A stretch of 56,122 nucleotides of DNA, the filler included, from Sphacelaria rigidula (taxonomy: Eukaryota), in assembly GCA_964200075.2 (NCBI GenBank). It is 2 parts of 2 records of this genome, joined end to end, with 100 filler letters (N's around TTAATTAATTAA, not from the genome) between each part and the next. Parts side by side here need not be neighbours in the genome. Positions count along the whole stretch, not along the records: positions 1 to 28,047 come from CAXNAA020000105.1; positions 28,148 to 56,122 come from CAXNAA020000106.1. One strand, given 5' to 3'. Made by a program: the position numbers and the translations under genes. The notes beneath the pieces were generated by a model. That model had not been told where the DNA came from. It worked only from the letters and a program-made list of their open reading frames with translations, and made no database searches. This document shows positions 25,501 to 36,889 of the stretch, in pieces. The number at the start of each line of letters is the position of its first letter. Position 1 is the first letter of the stretch.

Positions 25501-27692
25501 GTACCGCAAGGTACAGGAAACAAAGACCGTGTGTCGCAGTGATATGGGGACAGTCGAGTATCATACCGTATAATCACTATCCAAAGAACTGTTCCGAGGA
25601 AAGCCCTAGAAAAGACGAGAATAAAGTGGAGAGTAAGGATGTGAACTGTGGAAGACCGCAGAAAATGAACAACGCCAGGAACTACTAATGTGGATTGCTT
25701 GCAGCACATCACCGTCGCCCATCTGAGGAAGATCCCATGATCAATAACTCGAGGAACGATAAAATACCTTTTTTAACATCAAATGGGTACACAGAACGAG
25801 CCACATCTGTCACGACATGAAACAGCCAAGAAACCATAAAAGGGTGAGAACGTATACAGTCGGGAATAATCAAACAAAGGAGTCACTCCATCAATATTGT
25901 TTTGGGAATTCTTTTGGAGTTCATCTTAAATGTTCTGCACCGGTCAATACTGCAACAAGAAACAGGCCGCTCACGGGTAATAAGTCCCAACCTTGTTTTA
26001 TCTGGGCTGTACGGACGCAAATCCCCTTTGGGTGGGCGATGTTTTTTTCGTTACACTTCCAACCTCTCCCCTTTCTAGGGACGAGTCCGTGATCTCAAGC
26101 GATCGAGCCATCGGACACCCAGTACACGCCCTCCGTCTCAAAAGGGATGCATGGTTAATGGTCAAACGACTAAGGCAAGCAACAAACGAGTACGCTCCCC
26201 GCCCCCCCCCGCCTCCCCCCCGGTCCAATGGAGAACGCCCCCCGGTCCAATGGGCACGGCAAAAATATTGAAACTGCGACTTCGAGTTGGGGCCCTGGAC
26301 CTGCCGACAAGAAGAAGTAGTCATACCAGTAGCTAGTTGAGAGGAGGAGGAAGTAGACGCACAGGATTCCTCCTGTGGCAAAGGAATAGAGGGCACAACT
26401 CATATAGTGACAGAGTGTGAACTATACAAGGAGTAACGGGACGAGGTAGAGGGGAGAATGCGAGACATGAAAGAAGGTCGCATAAGATCGTTTGATGCAC
26501 TAGACAGTAGCGGAAAAACGATGGCTATACTAGGAGATAGATGGTGGCCACAGAAGGTGAAACAGGACGGGAATAAGATACGTACACTGTTTTTGTGCCA
26601 GGTATGGAAGAAGCATAATCAGCACCTAAATGTTGGAGCTGTCCTATTAGAAGTAGGAACGGTCCTCCGTCTGGAAAAGGATACGTGGTCAATGATCGAA
26701 CGACTAAGGCAAGCAACAATTGAGTAACCCCCCCCCCCCCCCCCCCCCGCCTCCACGTTTGTATCGGGTGTATGGTCGTTACAAGCAACTGCACTCCCGC
26801 CAACCACTCCCTCAACACAAACAATCGAACAAAGTGTATTTGCTACTCACGTGCATCCTCACGCTTTCGCTGCCAACGATGGAAATCAGGTCTTCGTACT
26901 TCCAAGAAAAGCCCAATCGCATCTAGCGGGAACCCAACCCATGTTCCTTCCACCCTACTGGTCTCACTTGTCACTTGTACCTATGGATCACGGGGGGGCG
27001 GCGACTTTTGCCTGTATTGTATAGCTCATGCAAAAACACATTTTCCGGCGGTAGAGCAATAGATATTTGGGGAACACAAAGATATAGCTCGAAGATTGTT
27101 CACCACAACACTCACTGGTTGATTTGATCGAGCGAACGTACCGAAGAGAGACCAAACGACCGGGTAAACAGGAAGTCGTTCAAATTGATCGCAAAAATCG
27201 CTTTTCTTTCAGATTTGTTGTCGGCCACGAATGCCTGTCCATCTCCAATCTTTGGTTTCAGACGTTCACCGCCATGAGCTATAGTAACCGAAAACCTGAA
27301 AAAAACGACTTCGACCGACAATTATCCGCAAGGATGGTTTCTACTGTACATCTATAAAGATCCGTCTAAATAAACACAGCAAACATTCCCACCTCCGCAC
27401 TCCTACTAGTCCTATACACGTCCAAGAACTACCAGCCCACAGCACTTATGCACATCAACTATTCGACGAAGACGCAGACGCAAGCTCAATGTCCGACAAT
27501 GAAACGTAGTATCAATGCCCGACAAGCAAGTACATCACCTCTATAAACATCGATTTCCACGTTGTCCGGAGAGCCGGGGAGGTCGAGGTGCTGACGAAGC
27601 GTGAGGGCCCCCGTGCGCACGTCACGATTGAACACCAACATCTTCATCCCCATGGTGTCCGATACTATTAAACGCTCTTTATTCGGGCTCAA
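22541..27692 (-). CDS. Paraoxonase/arylesterase-like six-bladed beta-propeller hydrolase, 3' three exons (5' end missing, next to the assembly gap)
   Basis: Phase-compatible exons 27692-27539 (LSPNKERLIVSDTMGMKMLVFNRDVRTGALTLRQHLDLPGSPDNVEIDVYR), 23774-23619 (AKGVEAYTVGLVNMWHYMAY...SIVYDSET) and 22779-22541 (GRYSENLEMWQDGNLLSISVASATASDSRLVGSSMEEGFLVC...stop). The LSP..LIVSD, PDN(V/I)E(I/V)D and DGxLL-S-xA...LVGS...LVC pattern matches the C-terminal blades of PON/arylesterase family proteins. Confidence 0.72.
23170..23385 (+). repeat. Dispersed repeat, copy 1 (inverted relative to 27860-28047)
   Basis: GAGCTGCATCCTGCTAA...CCAAAGCGTACCGATTACCTT.CATATGGATGG.AACCTCCAATGAGTTG...CACTTCCAGAGACAGCCA is shared with the second copy. 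Confidence 0.75.
24790..25091 (-). mobile_element. tRNA-derived SINE, family A (3'-degraded), in an intron of the arylesterase-like gene
   Basis: Head CGGTCGCCCCGGTGACGCAGTTGGTAG...GGGTTCGAATCTCGG on the minus strand. The body is homologous to the other copies. Confidence 0.78.
26130..26220 (+). mobile_element. Very short 3' tail of the same LINE family
   Basis: CTCCGTCT..AAAGGGATGC.TGGT.AATGGTCAAACGACTAAGGCAAGCAACAAACGAGTAC plus a C-rich tail. Confidence 0.65.
26250..26750 (+). mobile_element. 5'-truncated LINE 3' end (ORF2 C-terminal zinc-knuckle region) with C-rich tail
   Basis: Reads KLRLRVGALDLP...EEEEVDAQ..CGK...THIVTECELYKE...AILGDRWWPQ..., ending in GACTAAGGCAAGCAACAA plus a poly-C tract. 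Confidence 0.75.
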
Positions 27693-27859
27693 CTGTCGCA
27701 GCGCAGGTAGTCAGCATGATCGTCGATACAGTCGATGCAGTGACAGGAAACGAACCGAGATGGTTAAACAAGTCCCTCCAACAGCAAAAATTGACAGTTT
27801 GCTGTAGGTAAGCAACCGGGAACGTTCAGCTTCTTCTTCGTGCTATTGAACCCCCTCCC

Positions 27860-28047
27860 CCGGCTGGTTAGACACCCATAAGGCAGTGTATAATCCATGG
27901 CTGTCTCTGGAAGTGATGACCAGAAAAGAAGGCAACTCATTGGAGGTTGCCATCCATATGCAAGGTAATCGGTACGCTTTGGGCCGAACAATCTTAGCAG
28001 GATGCAGCTCACCCTTTATGCGACTCGACGAACACACCACGGCGCTT
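27860..28047 (-). repeat. Dispersed repeat, copy 2, truncated by the assembly gap
   Basis: Reverse complement is colinear with 23200-23385. Confidence 0.75.
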
Positions 28048-28147
28048 NNNNNNNNNNNNNNNNNNNNNNNNNNNNNNNNNNNNNNNNNNNNTTAATTAAT
28101 TAANNNNNNNNNNNNNNNNNNNNNNNNNNNNNNNNNNNNNNNNNNNN
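28048..28147. other. Artificial 100-bp scaffold or contig linker
   Basis: 44 N + TTAATTAATTAA (stops in all six frames) + 44 N. Confidence 0.95.
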
Positions 28148-29690
28148 ATTTTAATCCTCCGGGTTCTCATCCTCAATCAAAAGCACCATCCTCAACATAG
28201 ATGATTGGCTGTTCGTAAGTGACGTGAGATGTCCGCAGCGACCCTTCACGCCGTATTTTCGAGGTAGGCCCTGAAATTATGCACATATTACATGCTTTGA
28301 GATAATATTGAGAAAGGCTCTATGAATGGTATATTTCTATCCTTTTTCGCCAGACATCAGGAGTACACCGCCTCCTGGGACCCCGGATCTCTGGCGGAAA
28401 AAAATCAGAAGATCCCATGAGAATACACTGATGAGAAAAAAACAAAAATCGGGAGCCTCGTTTGTTATTTTGTTATTTTGTTATTTTGATATACTGTAAC
28501 TTGTTATTGTTTTATTTTCGTGCTCTTCTGGCACGGGATGGAGGCCCCAGTGGCGCCATGGTGAAAAATGAGTGACCATGAAAGTTACACACCCTCGTCG
28601 CCCCGAGGTGGGTTATAAGACTGAGGCCGCTCCTCATGCCAGACAAACAAAAAATGGAAGTGCGCCTGTTTTGGACCCTTTACTGTACGTCGTTATACGC
28701 CCGAAAAGAGAGCTATTATTGCAGGCGGATTTTGACACCTTGGAACACCTTCCTGTTGTACTCGTTGAGACGGTTCCAGCACGCCTGTGCGTTTTCCCGG
28801 TGACCGCAGTTTGTATCTTGCCTAAACTTGCATTTTTCTCAGAGACCGGCCATTTTTTAGATTTCTAGTGGTACACAGAACCTGCTTCATGTTTACTAGT
28901 AATTGGCCAAATAGTTGGACCGAATCAGGTTTCGATCTGTAGGGCCAACAACAGAACGGCGAGGAGAGACCCGGCACTGACTTTTTTTGCGGGAAACATC
29001 ACAGTATGTAGTAGTGGTAAATGCGACATCTCAACACTTTTTCGCAAACTTCCAAGTACTCCAACCTATAGAATATTTCATGTTTTCCGCCAAGTGGACG
29101 TATGCACGTTTCAATTTTTGAGAGGATGTGGTTCGACGCCGCCAAAGAACTAACTGAAGAGGTCGCTATCTTGCCGTCTTGTCGTTACGGACCGGAGATC
29201 ATCGGCGAGATCATCGTCGGAGATCATCGTCGGAGATCATCGATGGGTATGGGATTGTTTTCGTCAACTCCGGCAAGGTGCTGGTATCACAACAAAGTAC
29301 AGCAACATGATGGAGGGTGAAGGCACAGCGCTCGATAGTGTTTCTATCCAGCCCCGAGTGAACGTTGATGACTTGAAAAGGTGCGACCACCGGATCAAGA
29401 CAAGCAGACTCTGCACATGCAGCATCACGTGATGACGATACTTGAGTAGGTGGCATTCGGCACCAAGCAGCGCATGTTCTTTCACTACGGGTGGTAGATG
29501 TGCTCAACTATTAATGTAGAGCAAGTCGAGTACAGAGCCCCACTCTCGCCCTTGGTGATTATCCCACTTCTTTCGCCGGTATCGCTCATCTCACGCTGAA
29601 TCACGATCAGTGCAACAATCACATGCTGTACAACAGTAGACTGTGCTGACGCCTCATGAACGCGTTGCACGCAGGAGTGGAAGGATAGCG

Positions 29691-32600
29691 ATGTGGCCGT
29701 ACATCATGCGCGAGCTTCCGCTTTCGCCTGTCGAAGCTCTACGCTTTGAATTGCAATTGAAAACAGCTGGCGGACCTGACACTAGTGATAACACAAAAGA
29801 CAGCACCGAGAAATTGTTGCAGAGAAGCCTCGTCCAGTATTTTCCTGCTCGCCTGGCGGACGATAGGCGAAAGACAAAGTCTAGTGAAACGGAGCGACAG
29901 CTACACGGACCGAAAGCTGATTCGGACCTCGATGCCTTGGCCGCGAGGCTAGTCAAGTTAGAGCGCCAACCTTTGGATATCCTGAGCAGAGAACGAGAAA
30001 GCCACAGAAACGCCTCTTGCCGACAAGCGCGAACCACTGACTGTTCGCCCATCCATTACGCAGAGCCGCTTAGTCGGCGTCGCCCTTCGTCGAGTGGTCA
30101 ACAAAGACCACAAGATATTACAGGGGTCGGTAAGAATGCTGGATACAGTGTTGCCGGCGACCGTACCGAGTGCCCGTTAGGTTGCGGAGAGGAGGTGCGG
30201 CTTCGTGATTTGGTGCCGCACCAAACTTCTGTGTGCACATTCCGGTGAGTGTGGGCCGCGAGTGATGACTCGTGGCACATAGCAGCGGTAAGCGTCCAGC
30301 AGGACGGGATTAACATGCTCCCCACGATGCTCTGAGCACCGCTTCTCTCTCGGCACCACAAACGAATGTAAGCACTGGTTCCAAGTTTGACACGAACTTA
30401 GAGCTTGGTATTGTCTCGCAGGTATGTAGACTGCTTGGTCCCTGGATGCGGCAAATTGGTTCAGGCGAACAAGATGGGCGTACACGTCAGGCAACAATGT
30501 TTGGTGAGGAAAATGCAGCGCTCACTGGCAGCCAAAGCTGAGCTGGCGAAACTCGAGATAAGCTGCGGTGCTTGTGGCAGTCTGGTACCCCAAAAGAGTC
30601 TGAGATCGCACATCGCAAATGATTGCGGCATGCGGACAGTGACATGCCGGTGGCCCGGGTGCGGGCAAGAAATCACAGCACTTTCGTTCCCCAAACATGA
30701 GATGTATGATTGTGCAGTTGCTAAGCGTCACGCTGCATGTGTTGAACATGCCGCGAGAAGACCTTGTACAGCCGAGTGTCCAGAGTGCCACGCAACCTTT
30801 CCCACAGGCTTTCTTCGCAGGCACGCTGCCAGTGAGTGCTGTATGAGAATCATGGCCTGCCCGAACGCGAACATTGGGTGCGGTGATGAGCTCCGTGCCG
30901 CCGACATGAAGCGCCATCTTCGTGAGGAGTGTTGGGTTCAGCTCGATAGAACGGAGCGCGCTTCTCGACACAAGGTGCGCTTGGAGCGCGTGCGGTGCTC
31001 CGGGTGCGGCTACACCGTGAGTGCTCAGCACTTGCTCAAACATCAGCGAGATAAGTGCCCGAATCGAAGAGTGCCATGCAAGCACCGGTTGCTGGGGTGC
31101 TCGGTCATGCTCCGCCTTTCAGCCATGAACGATCATCTCTGCGTCAATCGTCTTCTGGACGGGCGGTCATGCCTAGCGTTCGACAGCGGAAGGGCCTACA
31201 TCGCTCTCGATGAGGAGGATCGTAAGCCCCCGTGGACAGTCGAGATGTGGATTTGGCGACCGGGACTGGTGGAAGGCACACGTGAAAAAGCGCGGACGGC
31301 CCTCAAATCGTACTGGGAATTCCAACAATGTCGAGAAAAGCTGGCCATCGGTGAGCACCGTTTGAAGATGCTCGAGCCCATACTTGTTGCCGCCGCCACT
31401 AGATGTTCACAAGAAAAAACGCAAGAGGCAGAACACGCGCGCGAGAAACTGATGGACGAAATGGTAGCTGCCGCCACCTTACGTGACGACGCAAAGGTGG
31501 GGCTTGTTGTAGCCAGTGTTGTTTTGTCTAACACCTTGGCCGCGGCGATACGGGGTGTAGAAGAGATTACCCGACAACATCGACTGCGTGGATTTGATCG
31601 ACTGGCGCTTGCCAGCGCTCCATGGTATACCGTCGTCCCTAATGTGGAGACTGGCAGTGCTGACAGCGAAGTCAGGGAAGGTGGGAAATGGGGTAATTCT
31701 GGTATCAAGCACATGAAGACATTGCAAAGCGATAAGGCCAGTGCCATCTTACAACCGTCGGATAAAGGAGCCTCGACGGAGTCTAGCGAACCAAGTGACA
31801 CTCGAAGGGGACCTCTCGATGCACCAATCGATGAAGACAAAGTGTTGGTCGCAGATGTGACATTTCCGCAGGATGAAAAGGCCGAGCACGGCGATCCACA
31901 TCCCGAAGATGTGAGAGAAGCTCCCCTGTCGGCCGCTGACATTGTACACGCGCGCGCTCTGGGGAAATCAACAACTACGAAGAACGACCTGTTACTGAGA
32001 GAGGTGGCTGACGAAAAGGCCTCTGAAGGTGGTTCCCGTGATCCTGAGGTTTCAGATGGCACCCAAGAGAAAGTTAGAAATGCAACAATTGCTGATGAAC
32101 AATTTACTTCTCTCGAGGCGACGCAAGTAGCCGCCGAAATTGCGCTCGGGGAGAAGGAAGCTCTATTCTGGGCAGAGTGGGTGGCGTTAAACGGAGCTTC
32201 ATTGGCAGAGAAAATACTCCACCTGTCAGGTGAGACTCTTCCGCAGCTGAAGGAGGAAGTCGTGAGTGTCACGGGATTGGCCGATGATCTAATTTTTGGT
32301 ACGTGTGCCGAAACGAACCAGACGGACGAGGTTGCCAATGGCAACGAGGCTGCAGCGGACGGGGTAGCGGTGAACGACGACTCTACAATCTCCACGACAA
32401 GGAGCGCCACGAAATCTGCAGCTAGGAAAGCGGCACGGAAAGCAAGGCGCAAGCGAAAACACGAGCAGCAGTTCGGCAAGAAGCTTGAGACGCGTATCGC
32501 GGAGGAGGTGAACAAACGCGGCGGTGTGGAAACCCTTTTTGGATCTGAGAGCGTTCTCTTCCAGCTGGAAATGGGCCCAAAAGATCGAGTGGGTATAAAG

Positions 32601-35600
32601 GTCGCCGGGAAGACCGATGAGCCGTTCAACTACCGCTGCCCTCGAGAGCGTTGGGTCCATCTCGCGTTTGTATCCGATTCCACTGGCGTGTTCCTCCTTG
32701 AAAACGGCAAGACTGCCAGTCGTCTTCGCGGTGTCATCGTTCCGCTTCCCATGCAGTATATCGGTGGGAGGGAAACAGCATGCCAGGCACTCATTCAAGA
32801 AGTCCGGTATTGGAAAGTCAAGAGGTCCAAGCAAGAGCTGGAGGGGCTCATGCACCAGGTGTTACCTACATCGGCCGTAGAAGATGGTCTCCTTGGCTAT
32901 TGGACGTTTGAGGAAGGCGCCGGCGATTACGTCAACGATGTTACGGGACAGAAAATTCGAGCAAAAAAAGTCGGGAGGGGACTGAAGTGGGTACGTCCGG
33001 AGCTGATGTGCACTTTCAAGGTCGGAGAGCCACCGACGCCGTCGTGGAGGGAGCAGAACGTGTGCAAGGTATGAGCTCTGGAGCACTCTTGCTATAGGCT
33101 CGCTCTTGAATTATTTTCCCGCCGTGTATCGCAGGTGCATGTAGTACATGTCGTTCGGTCGTACTACGACTGGGTCAAGCGCAGATGGGAAAAAATATGA
33201 GCCTCGAGTTGTTGGACGTTGATTCTGTCTCAAGAACAGAGCTTGAAATCTGCGACAAGACAGTGAACAACCAATTTGACATGGCCAAATGCTGACCCAA
33301 AGGAATAAGGAGCACTAGCCTTGACAAATAGACTTCACAAACTTGGGAATCTCGCATTTTTTTTTGTTCTCGTAAGTCTGCCAGAGAACAATCAAGGTGT
33401 CGAGTTCGAAATGTGCACCATTTGCTGTTGCAAAACACACAAGAACACCTCGCATATTTCATACGCGAAACTAGCCATACGCCCCGATGGTCGAATTGGT
33501 CACCGGCGGCCAGGTTGTGCGGGTTTGGTAACTTCGGATGACGACAAATATGTTCTTTTCATACAGAACCGGTGTAGGAAAATATCATGAGTATAGTCAA
33601 CGGTCTGCGGTATTGCTTATCTATTCCTTAAATGAAAAATGCCAAGCAGACACCGAGGGGGTGGGCGGGGTGTACTCATTTGTTGCTTGCCTTAGTCGTT
33701 TGACCATTGACCACGCACCCCTTTCGAGACGGAGCATCAGACACCGGGGGGAAAGATGAACCAATCCTTTGAGGAACGGACTCCCAAGGGGAGAATAGCG
33801 TTCAAAGTAGTATGACGAAAACCACTTTGAAGCCTTGGCTATGGGCAGCATCCGACATACAAACGATTCCCGATCTTTACCGCTGGCGGCGAGTACAGTT
33901 TGTGGTAATCCGTTTCGTGACGCTGTGTTCCGCGCACTCCCCAGGAAATATCCAGGGACAGGGCAGAAGGTGCCCTGTCGTCGCTGCCATAGATAGAGGA
34001 GGAAAAGAAGCTTGTCCGAACCTTCTACTCTAAAAGAACAGGAGAACAAGAAACCGCTGGAAGAGATTGAAACATATAGTGGAGCCTAACTTTGTTGTGG
34101 GGATGGTATTTTTTTCGCCCAAACTCTTGTTGCATGGGATACTTGATGGCGTCGTTTTCGGCTACAAACATGCGTGTTCATGACCCTCGGATTGTCCTCA
34201 CTTGGGGGATCCTAGCCCACTTTCATGATTAGCTGGGCTTGCTAGGTTTAGAGAAGAACCATTTGTCAAAATCCGAGGGCACATGGGAAAATGTGAAGAA
34301 GACGCATCGTGGAAATTTTGCAAACACCACTTGAGGCACTTTTCAATGCCCGGTGGATTTTTGGCAAATAGTCGTTTCTGAAAACCGAGGAACCCAACGA
34401 ATCGAAAGGTGGGGAAAATTCCCCTCAAATATGCGATGCACCACCTCCTAGACAGGTGGCGGCGATATTTCCTGTTCGGCCCCATGACAAAAACTCCGAA
34501 AATCGATCAATCCCCGTGAAACATGGCCGAAGATATTGACGAGTCTTGGCTCAATCTGCTGTTCCTTTATCATTTGAACGCCCATGGTTCATGTTCCTAA
34601 GTTCAGCCGCTCCCAATCCCACGAGGGTTTGGGGGAATGGTTTGTGTAGAAATACATACACGCACACTACATGATGGACAGGGGCGCTTGTCGGGAGGCG
34701 GGGGGCGTACTCATTCGTTGCTTGCCTTAGTCGTTTGACCACTGACCACGCATCCCTTTCGGGACGGAGCACTGTTCCTACTCCTAATACAGACCCTTGT
34801 CGGGTGACGCAAAACTAATTTTTCTGGCCAATCGGCGTGCAGCAACAATTTGACATGGCTGAGGTACTACACAAGGGTGCACGTGTTGTTTGTTAATGTA
34901 TCATTCTGCTGTATGTGTGTGTGCCGACATGCGTTGGCGGAATGTACTGCTGGCGGGATCACCGCTAGATTACTGTTTCTGTACTGAGACGACAGTATGA
35001 TGTTGGTGGCTCATCTACGAATACCTATGACGCGTGGACTGTGCGTGACAACGGCCTTCGTCTACGCAGGCGTTGTCTCAGCACCAAAAAACTACTCTTT
35101 ATCTTACTCAAAAGCCCGCCCGTTTAGCGTCCATCTGCGGTCCCGAATGTTCACAGGATTGTATTTGTACTTTCTTCGCCGGCAGCTTGATGATGGGTAC
35201 AACGTGAGGGGGGCGAATTGAACTGGAAGCAATAAAGCTCGGAAATGGTACCAGTTATAACTGACCATTATCATTGTGATGGTAATAATGGTAAAGGTTA
35301 TATGAACAATTTGGGTAATGGTTTCAAATAATCATTTATCGTTACCGGCTTAATAAGCCGTTACCGGCTACATATGCTATATACAGCCGTTCAAAATTGG
35401 CCCAACTTCATATTTTTTCATCTCTAGTGAAGCTAAACCGCGTAGAAAAACGTGCCTCCGGCACGGCGCCTCCAGCGGGGCCCTCCGGCGGGGCCCCCTC
35501 TACCGGGGGGGCTTTTTGGCTCGCGGCTGCACCGCTCGATGACCAAACCATCATGTACCATTTAGCTGGTCAATGAGTGCGCTACGCGTAACCATTCAAC

Positions 35601-36524
35601 TGGTTAATGGTTAGACAAACCATTTCCGAGCTCTAGAAAGCAACGAAAAGATTGCGATAAACACCCAACTTGCTCCGTCTCGCGATTTATTTTTCTGGCT
35701 GTCAAGGTGGAGCTTCGACAGGGTCGTTTAGCACACAGGGGCAGACTACACCGACAGTTCGTGTCCTGTCCTGCGGGATGTGGCGAATCTTTGTTGAGGA
35801 AGACTGTTCGGGCACATTTGGCATATCGTTGCAATATGCGAATGGTTTCCTGTTCCATGGCTGCTTGCGGGAAGCGAGTAAAGGCGAACGATCTCCAAAG
35901 GTACCACACTCAGACTAAGTGCAACTAGCCATCACACAAGAATTTGTGTAAATATCCAACATCCCATTTCCGGTGGTGTGATTTGTGTGAAATATGGAAG
36001 GAAGGTACAAATGAGATCAGTAGGTCAGATGTGTGCGGCCAGAAGTAGTCCCCATTACGCCACTGGAATACTAGACTGACTCGTACTGCGTATGATGTCA
36101 TTCGCGTTCTCAAGGTCGTTCTATCGTAACACCCACGAGTGAGTACAGTGCCAGCAACACATCTCACGTGCCCTCTCGTGTCGGCTTAATGCCTTATAGG
36201 CATTTGCAGGAGCGCTGCGCATCCTACAAGGCATGGCAGAGGATGGCTTCGGCTGGGCAAGAAAAACAGGAAGAAGTCTCGTGTCCATATTGTAGCGAGA
36301 CGGTGAGACATTGCAACCTCAATGTCCACGTCAAATATGTGTGCCAGTGGGCCAAGGATCCCTGCCGAAATGCGGGTTGCGGCGCTCGGATTCCCCGCTT
36401 GAGATTGGCCGAGCACGAGAAGCGGTTTTGCGGAGCTGCGAGCGCGGTTAGAAGGCGTCGACGACTCGCCAGGGCGAGAGCTCAGTCTAAATATCATCGC
36501 CAATGGGCGCAAGATGAAGAGTAA
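29691..36524 (+). CDS. Large multi-TRAF-type zinc finger protein with a LamG/concanavalin A-like domain (~1240 aa)
   Basis: Exons 29691-30244, 30422-33068, 35707-35900 and 36200-36524 are joined by canonical GT-AG introns with consistent phases. Twelve C-x(2-6)-C...H-x(1-4)-C fingers (8 N-terminal, 4 C-terminal). LamG-like motifs WTVEMWIW, RWVHLAFV, YIGG, IQEVRYW and GLLGYWTFEEGAG. The true start may lie further upstream. Confidence 0.88.
33657..33737 (-). mobile_element. Very short 3' tail of the same LINE family (intronic)
   Basis: Reverse complement of the ...GGTCAAACGACTAAGGCAAGCAACAAATGAGTAC tail. Confidence 0.65.
34692..34792 (-). mobile_element. Very short 3' tail of the same LINE family (intronic)
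   Basis: Same tail sequence, extending to TATTAGGAGTAGGAAC as in 26645-26660. Confidence 0.65.
35233..35635. mobile_element. hAT-like MITE (~400 bp) in an intron of the zinc-finger gene
   Basis: TIR TA(A/G)AGCTCGGAAATGGT at both ends, 8-bp flanking near-duplication GGAAGCAA/GAAAGCAA, and internal ACCAT/ATGGT subrepeats. Confidence 0.72.
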
Positions 36525-36889
36525 AGTCTCCGTGACCTCACTGGTTTGATTGTATTGACGCCCCTCTTCATGGTACTGCTGGTGCTTTGGGGGTATGGCA
36601 TCAAGGTCAAGTAAAAAACAAGACGGTTTCTTGGATAGAGTTCCTTCCACTTGTTTTTGAATCGTATCACATACACACTGAGAACACACGGAGACTCTCG
36701 GCGGGTGAAAGTGCTACGAATACATGAAACTGCACAGAGCCCAAACCGTGCTCCATAGTACATACACACGCAAGGCGGGGGTACCAGTGCATTTGGATCC
36801 AGCACAGACAGCGAGACACCGCGCGCGACAGTGTCCGTGTCCACGTGCAGAGGAAAACCAAGCTGCCTTGTTCACACCGAGCAGGCACA

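Noticed and set aside
29194..29243. Short tandem repeats (GGAGATCATCGTC-like here; 9-mers at ~24262 and ~41171)
   Set aside because: Simple minisatellites with no unique spacers, so not CRISPR-like.
31196..32629. 477-aa minus-strand ORF
   Set aside because: Antisense shadow of the long zinc-finger/LamG exon. It is Ser/Ala-rich with no motifs.
33135..33200. Short in-frame alternative terminal exon after 33068
   Set aside because: Possible by splice signals, but the downstream zinc-finger exons at 35707 and 36200 continue the protein far more convincingly.
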